A stretch of 64,000 nt of DNA from Longimicrobiales bacterium (GTDB lineage Bacteria; Gemmatimonadota; Gemmatimonadetes; Longimicrobiales; Gaopeijiaceae): contig CBDFMQ010000002.1 in the NCBI GenBank assembly GCA_965249725.1, positions 288,001 to 352,000 of the forward strand. The letters are read 5' to 3'. This document shows positions 38,038 through 48,458 of this stretch, in pieces; the stretch's first letter is position 1; each line of letters opens with the position of its first letter. The position numbers and the translations under genes were made by a program. The notes under the pieces are model-generated. The model searched no databases, was not told where the DNA came from, and was given only the letters and a program-made list of their open reading frames with translations.

Positions 38038-39036
38038 ATGAGCTCAGACACTTCCCGTCTGGAGCGGGCCGCCTCTGGCGTCCCCTCCATGCTCGATCTC
38101 CTTCATCTGAGTCGGAGACCCCTGTTTCCGCCGGGTGGTGTAGACCTCTACCGGCAGATCGCGCTTCTGACCGAGATGAGGGCTGGCCAAGAGGTTCTCG
38201 TGGTCCCGTCGGGCCTTGCCGTCACCCTCGAGTACTTCGTGGACGAGTACGATGTCCATGGCTCGGGCGTGGAAGACGATCCACGGTTGCTCGAGCGCTC
38301 GGAGGAGCGGCTGCGAGGCCTCGGACTGTTGGATCGAGTCCATGTGCAGCCCGGCGAGATGGACGGCCTGCCCTTCCGTGACGGGATCTTCGACGTGGTC
38401 GTCGCCGAGCTCGAGCTGACCTCTCATGTGGAGCCTGAGGCCGCCGTCGAGGAGCTGGTGAGGGTGGCCAAGCCGGGTGCCGTCGTCGTTGTCGTCCAGC
38501 CCGTTTGGAAGGCCCCCGTAGACCCGGAGCGGCAGGCGGTTCTGGCCGATCATCTCGGGTGCCGACCCTTGATGCTCGTGGAGTGGAAGAAGATCCTGAG
38601 AAGCGCCGGCCTCGAAAACCTCCACACCGAGGATTGGTCGGACGAGGAGACCGCGTTCCGCCCTCAGATCGCAAAGCCGTTCCCCGACTTCGCGGAGCTC
38701 TTCAGCCTGGGCGAGAAGCTGGGGATCCTCCGAAGAGCACGGCACCGGTGGGGGTGGGCCGGCCTGTGGACCGCTATGGCCAGGGAGCGTGAGGTACACA
38801 GGGTCCTCACGCACGAGCGCATCCTGGGGCTCGACTTGGTCAAAGGCGTGAAGGCTGGTGTGGCTCCGCCCGTCGATGCCGCCGGGGCCGATTCAAGAAC
38901 GGGGCAGGCGGTGCCTGAACCGGTTCAGCCCTCCTCCGAATCGGAGGCTGCATCGGAGGGGGACGCCGACCAAGAAGGGGAGCAGGTGACAGGACTCCCG
39001 CTGTTCGGCGACGATACGAAACCAGATGACCGATAA
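38038..39036 (+). CDS. Class I SAM-dependent methyltransferase-fold protein
   Basis: PGG near the N-terminus, LPFRDGIFDVVV and ELVRVAKPG; motif I atypical. Confidence 0.75.
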   Translation: MSSDTSRLERAASGVPSMLDLLHLSRRPLFPPGGVDLYRQIALLTEMRAGQEVLVVPSGLAVTLEYFVDEYDVHGSGVEDDPRLLERSEERLRGLGLLDRVHVQPGEMDGLPFRDGIFDVVVAELELTSHVEPEAAVEELVRVAKPGAVVVVVQPVWKAPVDPERQAVLADHLGCRPLMLVEWKKILRSAGLENLHTEDWSDEETAFRPQIAKPFPDFAELFSLGEKLGILRRARHRWGWAGLWTAMAREREVHRVLTHERILGLDLVKGVKAGVAPPVDAAGADSRTGQAVPEPVQPSSESEAASEGDADQEGEQVTGLPLFGDDTKPDDR

Positions 39037-39060
39037 CCACGGAAAGCGACGGAAGACGAC

Positions 39061-40257
39061 GTGACCAAGATCGCCCCGATGACCGATCCGGAGCAGGTGG
39101 CACGAGTCCAAGAGGCACTGAAGGAAGGCGGCCTGGACGGGTGGCTCTTCTTCGACTTTCGCGGCCAGAACCCCGTGGCGAGCGCCATGGTCGGCTTGGG
39201 CTGGACCACTCGCAGGTCCTTCGCCCTGGTGCCCGCCGAGGGGGACCCGGTCGCTCTGATTCACGCCATCGAGCACTCGTCCTGGCGGCATTGGCCTTGG
39301 GCCAAGAAGGACTACGCCAGTTGGCGAGACATGGAGTCCGAGTTGGCGGAACTGGTGGAGGGGCGGACGCGCCTGGCCATGGAGGTATCCTCTCGTTCGA
39401 GCGTTCCGACCCTCGACAGGATTCCGGCGGGGATGCTGGAGCTGTTCCGGGAGGTCGGCGTCGAGCCGGTGAGTTCGGGAGATCTGGTGTCTACGTTCTA
39501 CTCGGTGTGGTCCGAGGAGCAGCTCCAAGAGCACCGGGCTTCGGCCGAGACCGTGCGGCAGGTCGCGCTCGACGCATTCGCCAGAGCCGCGGACCACGTT
39601 CGCCAGGGCTCTCCTCTTCTCGAGGGACAACTCGGCGCCTGGATTCGATCGGAGCTCACGGACCGGGGCGTCGGGGTCGGTACGGACACCCATGTGGCCA
39701 TCGGTCCCAATGCCGCCGATCCGCACTACGACCCTCGTGATGCCGGAGCGCTTATCGTCGAGGGCGAGGTCCTGCTCATCGACCTGTGGGGGAAGCAGAC
39801 GGAAGGCGGAGTGCCGGCCGACCAGACCTGGATGGGTATCCTGGCGGGCTCGGTGCCCGAGCGGGTGCAGACGATCTGGGAGGCGGTCCGTGGCTCTCGC
39901 GAGGCTGGGATCGAGTTTCTTCGTAGGTGTCACGAGGAGGGGCGCGAGGTGCACGGCTTCGAGGTCGACGACGTATGTCGGGACTTCCTTGTCGAGGCCG
40001 GATACGGCGAGTTCTTCGTCCATCGGACCGGCCACTCGATGGATCTCGAACTGCACGGCAGTGGACCGAACTTGGACAATCTCGAGACGCGCGATAACCG
40101 TTTGCTCGTGCCCGGCGTAGGATTCTCCATCGAGCCCGGTGTCTACCTTCCGGACGACGTGGGAATCCGGAGCGAGATCAACGTGCACTTCGGAGTAGAC
40201 GGGCCGGAGGTCACGCCCCGCGAGCGGCAGGAAGAGATCCTGCTGTTGCTGGACTGA
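39061..40257 (+). CDS. M24 family (Xaa-Pro) aminopeptidase
   Basis: DPHY, LIDLWG, ADQT, HRTGH, SIEPGVY and GIRSE metal ligands. Confidence 0.9.
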   Translation: MTKIAPMTDPEQVARVQEALKEGGLDGWLFFDFRGQNPVASAMVGLGWTTRRSFALVPAEGDPVALIHAIEHSSWRHWPWAKKDYASWRDMESELAELVEGRTRLAMEVSSRSSVPTLDRIPAGMLELFREVGVEPVSSGDLVSTFYSVWSEEQLQEHRASAETVRQVALDAFARAADHVRQGSPLLEGQLGAWIRSELTDRGVGVGTDTHVAIGPNAADPHYDPRDAGALIVEGEVLLIDLWGKQTEGGVPADQTWMGILAGSVPERVQTIWEAVRGSREAGIEFLRRCHEEGREVHGFEVDDVCRDFLVEAGYGEFFVHRTGHSMDLELHGSGPNLDNLETRDNRLLVPGVGFSIEPGVYLPDDVGIRSEINVHFGVDGPEVTPRERQEEILLLLD

Positions 40258-40283
40258 CGGTACCGCTTTCCACTCCGGTCCCG

Positions 40284-42731
40284 GTGAGCTTGTCCTTCCT
40301 TCAGGTGGCGCTGCCACTCCCGCTGGATCACACGTTCACCTATTCGACGTCGGGTCCCGTGCCGGAGCCGGGCACGCGGGTGCTCGTCCCGTTCCGGCGT
40401 GAAGAGCGCATCGGGTTCGTCGTCGGCGCCGGCGACAGTGAGGGCCGCAAGGGCATCAGACCCATACTGGACGTCCTGGACACCGAGCCGGCGGTGCAGC
40501 CGGATCAGCTACGACTGGCCCGCTGGATGGCGGAGTACTACGTGGCGCCACTCGGCATCGCCTTGCGTACGATGCTGCCGGCCGTTCTCTCCGACGCTTC
40601 TCGCGACGTCGTCTCGTTGGCGTCGGTCGAGCCCGGAAAGCTCAAGCCGAGGGAGCGACGGCTCGTCGAGGCGCTGTCGGCCCGAGAGGCACCCTGGAGC
40701 GTACGGGCGCTCCGGAAGGCGCTTGGCATGGGCTCTATCTGGCCGGCGATCCGATCTCTGTCGGGGCGGGGGATCCTCAGTCATGAGACGCTTCCGCCGA
40801 GGGCGCCCCCGATCAAGAAGGAACGGGTCGCCCGGCTCGACCGTTGGATCGAGGACATCGAGGAGCTCGAGACCCTCTTCGGACGTGCACGCCGGCAGGC
40901 CGAAGCCTACCAAGCCCTTTGCGCATCCGGAGGCACGGTGGAGCTGGCTCATCTTACCGGGCAAGCCGGCTTCAGCAGGAGTGTGATCCATGGACTCGAG
41001 GACAAGGGCCTAGTCGTGGTCGAGGATCGTGAAGTGCGACGAGATCCCTTCGCGCAGATCCCCCTGGAGGAGGGGCCCGGACACGAACCCACGGCCCAAC
41101 AGGCGGAGGCGATTCGGACGCTGAAGGAAACCGTCGACGGAGGGCCGTCGGAGCCGTTCCTTCTGCACGGGGTGACGGGGTCGGGCAAGACGCTCGTGTA
41201 CATCGAGCTGCTGAGTCATGTGCTGGCCCAGGGCAGGGGAGCCATCGTTCTGGTGCCGGAGATCTCTCTCACGCCGCAAACCGTGGCCCGCTTCAGGGCT
41301 CGCTTCGGCGACGAGGTCGCGGTGCTCCACTCGGCCCTCTCCGACGGGGAGCGGTACGACGCATGGCGACAGCTGCGAGCCGGGCATCGCCGGATTGCCG
41401 TGGGGGCCCGCTCGGCTCTGTTCGCGCCGGTGGCGGACCTCGGGGTCATCGTCGTAGACGAGGAGCACGACAGTAGCTACAAGCAGTCCGAGGCTCCGCG
41501 GTATCACGCTCGGGACATGGCGGTCGTGCGGGCCTTCCAGCAGGGGGCTCTGTGCGTGCTGGGAAGCGCCACACCTTCCCTCGAGAGCTGGCACAACGTC
41601 AGCCGCGGCAAATTCAGCCGCATCTCTCTTCCGAACCGAGTCGGGGGAGGACGGCTCCCGCCGGTCCGGCTGGTGGACCTTCGGGCGGAGCGCCGGGCCA
41701 AGGGCGCCGATCGGCCGGCACGGAGCGAGGGCGGCGTGGTTCTAACGCCCCCCCTCGTTGAGGCGGTACGTCTCAGGATCGAGCGAGGCGAGCAGACCAT
41801 TCTTCTGCTCAACCGCCGGGGCTATTCATCGTTCGTCCAGTGCCGAGAGTGCGGAGACGTCGAGATTTGCTCCGACTGTTCCATCTCGATGACGTATCAT
41901 CGTGGGACCAATCGCCTCGTGTGCCATCACTGCCGGAGCGAGGCACCGGCGCCCTCGCGGTGTCCACGATGCGGGTCCGACGATCTGTCGTTCCGAGGGC
42001 TCGGGACCGAGCAGGTAGAGAAGGTAGTGTCGGAGACCTTTCCCAGTGCGCGGATCGCGCGCATGGATGTGGACACGACCTCGGGCAAATGGTCCCATCA
42101 CGAGATCCTTGGCCGCGTGGAGCGTGGGGAGGTCGATATCCTCCTCGGCACGCAGATGATCGCCAAGGGCCTCGACTTTCCCCGGGTGACCCTGGTGGGT
42201 GTGGTGAATGCCGACGTAGGAATCCACCTGCCCGACTTCAGGGCGAGCGAGAGGACCTTCCAGCTCCTCAGCCAGGTAGCCGGCCGCGCCGGCCGCGGCG
42301 AACTCGGGGGTGAGGTGCTCGTCCAGACATCTCTCCCCGATCACTATGCGATTCAGTCGGTCCTGGACCACGACTTCGTCGGATTCGCCGTGCGTGAGAT
42401 GGCTGCCAGGAGTGACCCCGCCTATCCCCCGGTAGTACGTCTCGCCAACGTCGTGGTGAGCAGCCCGGATGCCGACCACGCGGCTCGCAACGCCGAGGCG
42501 GCAGCGCGCTGGCTTCGTGGACGCCTCCAGCACTCCTCCTCCGTCGAATTGATCGGACCGGCGCCGTCTCCGATCGAACGCCTGCACCGGCGTTGGCGAT
42601 GGCATTTCATGCTCCGCAGCGGTTCGGCCAAGGCGCTGGGCGACGCATGTCGGACGCTGCAGGCCGGATTCCGTCCCAAGGGTTCCGAGGTACGAATGGC
42701 CATCGACCGGGATCCCACAGCGCTGCTCTGA
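40284..42731 (+). CDS. priA: Primosomal protein N' (replication restart helicase)
   Basis: GVTGSGKT, VPEISLTPQ, DEEHD, GSATPS, four CxxC pairs and GTQMIAKGLDFP. Confidence 0.97.
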   Translation: MSLSFLQVALPLPLDHTFTYSTSGPVPEPGTRVLVPFRREERIGFVVGAGDSEGRKGIRPILDVLDTEPAVQPDQLRLARWMAEYYVAPLGIALRTMLPAVLSDASRDVVSLASVEPGKLKPRERRLVEALSAREAPWSVRALRKALGMGSIWPAIRSLSGRGILSHETLPPRAPPIKKERVARLDRWIEDIEELETLFGRARRQAEAYQALCASGGTVELAHLTGQAGFSRSVIHGLEDKGLVVVEDREVRRDPFAQIPLEEGPGHEPTAQQAEAIRTLKETVDGGPSEPFLLHGVTGSGKTLVYIELLSHVLAQGRGAIVLVPEISLTPQTVARFRARFGDEVAVLHSALSDGERYDAWRQLRAGHRRIAVGARSALFAPVADLGVIVVDEEHDSSYKQSEAPRYHARDMAVVRAFQQGALCVLGSATPSLESWHNVSRGKFSRISLPNRVGGGRLPPVRLVDLRAERRAKGADRPARSEGGVVLTPPLVEAVRLRIERGEQTILLLNRRGYSSFVQCRECGDVEICSDCSISMTYHRGTNRLVCHHCRSEAPAPSRCPRCGSDDLSFRGLGTEQVEKVVSETFPSARIARMDVDTTSGKWSHHEILGRVERGEVDILLGTQMIAKGLDFPRVTLVGVVNADVGIHLPDFRASERTFQLLSQVAGRAGRGELGGEVLVQTSLPDHYAIQSVLDHDFVGFAVREMAARSDPAYPPVVRLANVVVSSPDADHAARNAEAAARWLRGRLQHSSSVELIGPAPSPIERLHRRWRWHFMLRSGSAKALGDACRTLQAGFRPKGSEVRMAIDRDPTALL

Positions 42732-42984
42732 GCCTCGTCGTCCTCGAGTCCCCCGAGCCCTGGCGGCCGCAGACACTTTCGCGTATCTGTTGGAGTAGGC
42801 AGGAGTTGCCGTCGCTCGGTGGCGTGTGTGACATGCGAGATACGGTGTCACGGTTTACTTAGGGCACGATGGGTCGTGCCTGCCTGCCCGGGGAGCCTCC
42901 GCATGCCCTCGCGTGTAAATAGAGTCGTGGAAGCGGGCCATCGAGCCCCTGTTTGAACCGTCGGGGAAGGGGGATGCCAGAGCA

Positions 42985-43554
42985 ATGGGTTGTCTGGCCC
43001 TGAACGCGTCATACGAGCCGCTCACCATCATTCCGGCTCGCCGCGCCATTCGGTTGGTGCTCGATCGCAAAGCCGAGATCCTCGAGACGGACGAGGAGCG
43101 CGCCTTCCGGTCGCCGCGGAGGGACTTGCCGTTCCCGACCGTCATTCGGCTGGTTCGCTACGTCCATGTGCCGAGGCGATTCCGCCGGCAGGTCACCAAC
43201 ACCTTCCTGTTCGCGCGCGACAACTACCAATGTGGGTACTGCGGACGGCACCGCGGACAGCTCAAGGGTCGACAGTTCCTGACGCGGGACCACATCCTCC
43301 CCATCTCCCGCGGCGGGGACAACTCATGGAAGAACGTGGTGACGTCGTGTTCCCCGTGTAACAACCGAAAAGGGAATCGCGTGCCCCGAGAGGCGGGCAT
43401 GGCGCTCCTGGTTGAGCCTACCGAGCCGAACTATGTGCGCCTGGTTTGGACGGTCCGTCGCGTGACGGAGGCGCAGGCCAAGTACATTCGGATGTTCTAT
43501 GGGGAGGACGCGCTCTCGACGCTCAAGGCGGGGCGCATAAGAAGGAACGACTAG
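42985..43554 (+). CDS. HNH endonuclease (McrA/HNH_5-like, stand-alone)
   Basis: LNASYEPL, RD...C.YCG, DHILP.SRGG..SW.N...C..CN.RKG. Confidence 0.92.
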   Translation: MGCLALNASYEPLTIIPARRAIRLVLDRKAEILETDEERAFRSPRRDLPFPTVIRLVRYVHVPRRFRRQVTNTFLFARDNYQCGYCGRHRGQLKGRQFLTRDHILPISRGGDNSWKNVVTSCSPCNNRKGNRVPREAGMALLVEPTEPNYVRLVWTVRRVTEAQAKYIRMFYGEDALSTLKAGRIRRND

Positions 43555-43564
43555 ACTCGAACCG

Positions 43565-44041
43565 CTAGTCGTCCAGCCAGGCGTACGGTCGTTCGTAGAA
43601 CTGGCCTGATCCGCGCACCGTTCCGGCCTCGGTGTGCTCTTTCCAGCGGATGATCCAGCCTCGATTCTCGTCCTGAATGACCTCGAAGGAAAACCCGGGA
43701 AGCTCCTGACGTTCCGCGAGGAATCGCGCCAGGGGCGCCGGCAGGTTGGGCACCCCTTCGACTTCGGCGTGCTGATGGTCCGCCATGATCTCCTCGCGGA
43801 CCTTCGACTCACTCAGTTTGAGCGCCCGAATCGCTTCCTCAACGGCTCCGGCGACATCGGAGAGACCCTCGTCCGGGGACGTCCCGGTGCGCCGCCGAAT
43901 CGCCCGGATGATCGCCCCCGTGCCCGGGGCGGCGAGATCGTCTCGGATCTGCTGAAGCTGACGGAGGAGCCGGGCGTGAAGGTGCAACAGCTGGCCGTAC
44001 TCTCTCTTCGCTTCACCAGTCTTCAGGGTGCCTCCGGTCAT
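43565..44041 (-). CDS. Hypothetical protein
   Basis: Helical N-terminal half and aromatic beta-type C-terminus; fills the gap between HNH and the next gene; start trimmed to ATG 44041. Confidence 0.65.
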   Translation of the reverse strand: MTGGTLKTGEAKREYGQLLHLHARLLRQLQQIRDDLAAPGTGAIIRAIRRRTGTSPDEGLSDVAGAVEEAIRALKLSESKVREEIMADHQHAEVEGVPNLPAPLARFLAERQELPGFSFEVIQDENRGWIIRWKEHTEAGTVRGSGQFYERPYAWLDD

Positions 44042-44183
44042 GCGCTCGTCTTTGGATGGGGAGGTCGTGGCTTCTTGAACCAAGTAAGATGACCACAAAT
44101 CAGGACATAAGTCGAGAGTTTCATACTTGGGCATACAAGGGAGGGATTGGCGCCCCCATGCGGGCCGGGCCATTTTCAGGACC

Positions 44184-44786
44184 ATGAACGATAGCGATGA
44201 ACGTGACGACCAAGGCCGGCGCGCGAAGCCCACTCCCATAAGGGAGGTGGTCGGAGAGACGCCCCCGAGCCCTCCGCAGCGCACCGACGAAGCCCCCGCC
44301 ACGGCTCCGCCGGAGCAGGGTGCGCCCGGGATGCGTGGTCAGCGAGAACGCCCGAAGGGGCGGCGTGACAAGGGCGTGCCTCGGGAGAGAGGTGCGCCTC
44401 ACGGGAAGAGCAGGGATCGGGGGGCGGGGCGGCGGCCGCCGCCCGCCCGCGACGCTATCAACGGGCCGGGCTCGGAACCAACGTCGGTCGAGGCCCTCCC
44501 CTCCTGCGAGTTCACGACGGAGGGAGTGGAGTGGATCGCCCGGCTCTCCGGCCGGAGCGCGACGGGCTCGACCTCCGACCTGGGAGCTCAGCTGCTCCAT
44601 CTCACATTCTATCGAGCCAGTGATCCCCTGGTTGCGCTGCGGGAGGCGCTGATTCCCGGTGACTCCATCGACCATCTATTCGAGGTGGATCTGGAGGCGG
44701 TGCTCGCCTCGGCAAGGGAGGCGATTCCGCCTGGGCCGACGCCGGAGGCTCGTCCAACGCCCCGCGGCGGTAGGGGTCGCCGGTAG
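44184..44786 (+). CDS. Hypothetical protein with disordered Arg/Pro/Gly N-terminus
   Basis: AGGA RBS; globular-looking C-terminal region (EWIARLSGR...LLHLTF). Confidence 0.55.
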   Translation: MNDSDERDDQGRRAKPTPIREVVGETPPSPPQRTDEAPATAPPEQGAPGMRGQRERPKGRRDKGVPRERGAPHGKSRDRGAGRRPPPARDAINGPGSEPTSVEALPSCEFTTEGVEWIARLSGRSATGSTSDLGAQLLHLTFYRASDPLVALREALIPGDSIDHLFEVDLEAVLASAREAIPPGPTPEARPTPRGGRGRR

Positions 44787-45015
44787 GGGCGACACCGATC
44801 CTCGCCCGAGTCCTCCTATCAGATCTCGATAAGGACGGAACCGATTCGGCGTCCGCAGTTAACAATCCTTCGCCTCGGGGACTCGCATAAAGAGGTCCGG
44901 TCGCGCGTCCACGGTTGGCGGCGGGACCGGGAGACCTGGTTTTGCACGGGACTCCCGTTTCCGAGAGATTCAGAAGATTCGATGATTCAACACCAGGGGC
45001 GGTATCGGTGTCTCC

Positions 45016-45606
45016 ATGGATGTAACCGAACAGGTACTAACCGGACAGGTACCAGACGCTGCATTGGTCCGCGAGGCGTGCGCCGGTGACGGCGCCGCCT
45101 TCGGAGCGCTCGTCGATCGGTACATGCGCGCCGCATATGCTGTGGCACTTTCGGTGACTGGGAGACATGAAGATGCCGAAGACGCCGCACAGGAGGCCTT
45201 CATGGTCGCCCTCGAGCGAATCGAGGAGTGCCGGAGCCCCGAACGGTTCGGGGGATGGCTCATGACCATTGTGAGGAATCGCGCGCGGAATCTGATTCGG
45301 CGCGAAGTCCTGCGCGGCACGGATGAAGTGCCCGCCGGAGCTTCGGCCAAGGGACCTACGCCTGAGATGGCTGCTGAGCAGATCGAACTGGAGGAGAGGC
45401 TCTCGAAGGCTCTCGGAGACCTGCCGGAGGTCCAGAGGGAGATCGTGTTGTTGCACGACCTCGAGGGGTGGAAGCATAGAGAGATTGCCGAGCGGTTGGA
45501 GATTCCGTCCGGCACGGTGCGCTCGCATCTCCACTTTGCGAGGAAGGCGCTTCAGAAGGACTTGAACCTGTCCGAACACAGAGCGGATACCAGGGAGAGA
45601 GCATGA
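45016..45606 (+). CDS. ECF RNA polymerase sigma-70 factor
   Basis: DAEDAAQEAF, F.GWL..I.RN and region 4 EIAERLEIPSGTVRSHL. Confidence 0.93.
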   Translation: MDVTEQVLTGQVPDAALVREACAGDGAAFGALVDRYMRAAYAVALSVTGRHEDAEDAAQEAFMVALERIEECRSPERFGGWLMTIVRNRARNLIRREVLRGTDEVPAGASAKGPTPEMAAEQIELEERLSKALGDLPEVQREIVLLHDLEGWKHREIAERLEIPSGTVRSHLHFARKALQKDLNLSEHRADTRERA

Positions 45607-46019
45607 CGAGTAACGGTCGAAGGAGCGCTTTGGGCCTTCACGACGACGAGGGATCCCGAGACCCCGGGTACGACTTGGGCTATCTCGATCCCGGCAAGCG
45701 AGACCCCGGCTACTGGGCCCGATTCCGAGTCCGCGTGATGACGAGGGCGGCCGGTGAGCTCGCCAGGCGTCGCGACATGGCGGACATCACGGTGCTGGAG
45801 GTGGCGCAGTCGTGGGCCAGGTTCCTGGTGCCGGCCGCAGCGGTGGCAGCGGCAGTCGGGGCGGTATTGCTGTCCCAGGGCCGGGCCACCGGACCACTGG
45901 CCGTGGCGGGCCCCGAAGAAGTGCTCACGCAGGAGCTCGAGGATCGAACGCTGCCGGACTTCATGGCGCTAGAGGAAGCCGATGACGGCGCGTTCCTCTT
46001 GGCGGGAGGGACATACTGA
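45603..46019 (+). CDS. Putative membrane anti-sigma factor
   Basis: ATGA overlap with the ECF gene; one TM helix. Confidence 0.6.
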   Translation: MTSNGRRSALGLHDDEGSRDPGYDLGYLDPGKRDPGYWARFRVRVMTRAAGELARRRDMADITVLEVAQSWARFLVPAAAVAAAVGAVLLSQGRATGPLAVAGPEEVLTQELEDRTLPDFMALEEADDGAFLLAGGTY

Positions 46020-46438
46020 TGCCCATCAAGCGGATGTTACGGGCCAAGGTGGTGGTCGGGACCGCGCTCGCGCTGCTCTTCGGGAGCGGCGTCGTGGTCG
46101 GGCTCGCCTGGGACCAGACGGCAAGCGCCAGCACTCCGGAGGAGGCGCGCACGGAAGAGCCGAGCAGGGATCGCGACCGCAATCGCGGGAGGGTCGTGGA
46201 CGGGGTCGGCCTCAGCGCGACGCAGGATGCATTGGTGGACTCGCTCGCTGCCTACCATGGCAAGCGGATGCGCAGTCTCGATGCTGAATTCCGGCCTCGC
46301 TATCGGGCCGTTATCGTGGACCTCCGGGAAGAGGTAAAAGGCCTCCTCACCGACGAGCAGCGGTCGATGTACGAAGTGCTGTTGGAAGAGCACGATGCGA
46401 AGCGGCACTCACGCCGCTCGAGGAACTCGAAGCAGTAA
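46019..46438 (+). CDS. Periplasmic helical protein (Spy/CpxP/heavy-metal sensor-like)
   Basis: N-terminal TM/signal; LSATQ and LLTDEQR (LTxxQ-like) motifs. Confidence 0.65.
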   Translation: MPIKRMLRAKVVVGTALALLFGSGVVVGLAWDQTASASTPEEARTEEPSRDRDRNRGRVVDGVGLSATQDALVDSLAAYHGKRMRSLDAEFRPRYRAVIVDLREEVKGLLTDEQRSMYEVLLEEHDAKRHSRRSRNSKQ

Positions 46439-46443
46439 TCCCA

Positions 46444-47754
46444 ATGACTATCCGCCTCATACTTACGCTCGGCGCCCTGATGGCCCTGAGCACGCCGGGG
46501 AGTGCGCAGGAGCGACCTCTCCTCGATCCGGGAGCGACCCGGATTACTCTGGATAACGCGATCGACCTGGCCCTGGTCCTGAGCCCGTTGCTGGCTCAGT
46601 CCGAGCAGTCGGTCATCAACGCCGGGGAATCGAAGAGGACCGCTGTGGGGGCCTTCATGCCGACGCTCTCGACCAGCTCGGGAATGTCGGTGCGGAGCGC
46701 GGAGCGATTCGACGCTGCGACCGATAGGCTCGTGTCGGGGAGTTCCAACTCCTACAACGCAGGCCTGAGCGCACGCTACGACCTCTTCCGAGGTGGTCAA
46801 CGGTTCTCGGACCTCAGTGGTGCGAAGGCCGATCTGAGGGCTGCCGAGGCACGCCGCCAGGATCAGCGGTTCGGGGTGATTCTCCAGACCAAGAACCTGT
46901 TCTTCCAGGCGCTTCGTCAGGAAGAGCTGCTCGAGGTGGCTCGCCGCCGGATCGAACAGGCGAACCAAAGCCTCGAGATGACTCGGACGCAGGTGCTCGT
47001 CGGCGCGGGCACCATGTCGGACACTCTGAGGGCGCGGCTGGAGTTCATCAACGCCCAACAGGCGGTACTCAACGCCGAGGTAGCGACCCGGGCCGCCCGT
47101 TTCGGTTTGGGTCGACAGATCGGCGAGGCCGCGCCGGTGATTCCGGTGACTCCCGGCGACCTGTCCCCCCGTCCTTTGCCGATGGTCGAATCCGAGGCAC
47201 TGACGATTGCCGAGTCACTGGCCCCGTCGGTGCTGGCCGCCGAGGCGGCGACGTCGGCGGCTCAACAGGCCTACTCATCGTCCAAGAGCGTCTATATCCC
47301 CACGGTCAGCCTGAGTAGTGGCTACAGCTGGGCGAACCAGGAGGCGTCGTTCGACGGAGGAAGCACGAGTTGGAACCTGAATTTCAATCTCAGCTACCCC
47401 CTCTTTAACGGATTCAACAGGGAGGCGAGCGTCGTTCGGGCTGAGTATTCGACGCGTCTGGCGCGTATCCAAGAGGACGACGCCCGGCTGGGTTCGAAAC
47501 AGGCCACCGACGCGGCGCTGAGAGCTCTGGAGACGGCGGAGCGGGCGATCGCGATCGCCCAGGAAGCAGTCGCGGTGGCCGACGAAGACCTGAGGGTCAC
47601 GCGGGCGCGGTACGAGGCGGACGTGGCGATCATCTTGGATGTCATTACGAGCCAAGTCGCGTCTGATCAGGCAAGGGTGGATCTCGTGAACGCGCGCTAC
47701 GACTACGTGCTGGCACGCGCTGAACTCGAGGCGATACTGGGGAGGGAGCTGTGA
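46444..47754 (+). CDS. TolC family outer membrane efflux protein
   Basis: Signal peptide; TLDNAI, two OEP repeats (P.LS...YDLF / PTVSL...YPLF). Confidence 0.92.
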   Translation: MTIRLILTLGALMALSTPGSAQERPLLDPGATRITLDNAIDLALVLSPLLAQSEQSVINAGESKRTAVGAFMPTLSTSSGMSVRSAERFDAATDRLVSGSSNSYNAGLSARYDLFRGGQRFSDLSGAKADLRAAEARRQDQRFGVILQTKNLFFQALRQEELLEVARRRIEQANQSLEMTRTQVLVGAGTMSDTLRARLEFINAQQAVLNAEVATRAARFGLGRQIGEAAPVIPVTPGDLSPRPLPMVESEALTIAESLAPSVLAAEAATSAAQQAYSSSKSVYIPTVSLSSGYSWANQEASFDGGSTSWNLNFNLSYPLFNGFNREASVVRAEYSTRLARIQEDDARLGSKQATDAALRALETAERAIAIAQEAVAVADEDLRVTRARYEADVAIILDVITSQVASDQARVDLVNARYDYVLARAELEAILGREL

Positions 47755-48458
47755 GCGATCTGATCATTCAGACGAAGGGACTCACGAAGCACTACGTGCT
47801 GGGCGCCGAGACAGTGCGCGCCTTGAGGGGGGTAGATCTGGACATCCACCCGGGCGAGTTGGTGGCGATTATGGGACCCTCGGGCAGCGGCAAATCGACG
47901 TTCATGAACCTCATCGGATGTCTCGATACCCCCACCGAGGGCGCCTACTGGCTCAACGGAGTTCAGGTCAGCGATCTCTCCGACGACGAGCTCGCGCGCA
48001 TTCGCAACCGAGAGATCGGATTCGTTTTCCAGACCTTCAACCTGCTGCCGCGGGCCACGGCACTTCACAACGTGGAGCTTCCGCTCATCTACGCCGGAGT
48101 CGGAGCGAAGGAGCGTAGGCAACGAGCCGAAGCAAAACTCGAACTCGTGGGCCTGTCGGATCGCATGGATCACCGTCCGCCGGAGCTGTCGGGTGGCCAG
48201 AGACAGAGGGTGGCTGTGGCACGAGCGCTCGTGAACAACCCGGCGCTTCTGTTGGCGGATGAGCCGACTGGGAACCTCGACTCGGTGACCAGCGAGGAGA
48301 TCATGGCCGTGTTGGTGGAATTGAACAGAGAGGGTCAGACGATCATCATCGTCACGCACGAACACGACATCGCAGAATACACAAAGCGGCAAGTCCACCT
48401 GCACGATGGCGTCATCGCCAAGGACTTCCTGCATGAGCCGACAGGGATACACGTATGA
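47751..48458 (+). CDS. ABC transporter ATP-binding protein (MacB/LolD-like)
   Basis: [27 protein letters not shown] and VTHE. Confidence 0.95.
   Translation: MSDLIIQTKGLTKHYVLGAETVRALRGVDLDIHPGELVAIMGPSGSGKSTFMNLIGCLDTPTEGAYWLNGVQVSDLSDDELARIRNREIGFVFQTFNLLPRATALHNVELPLIYAGVGAKERRQRAEAKLELVGLSDRMDHRPPELSGGQRQRVAVARALVNNPALLLADEPTGNLDSVTSEEIMAVLVELNREGQTIIIVTHEHDIAEYTKRQVHLHDGVIAKDFLHEPTGIHV

Noticed and set aside
42985..43554. HNH as part of a Cas9/IscB, restriction or homing system
   Set aside because: Short stand-alone protein with no RuvC, methylase, array or host intron nearby
44837..45015. ECF promoter candidates upstream of the first sigma gene (GGAACC...GTT; TCAACA-N16-TGTC)
   Set aside because: Spacing or position not convincing enough to call
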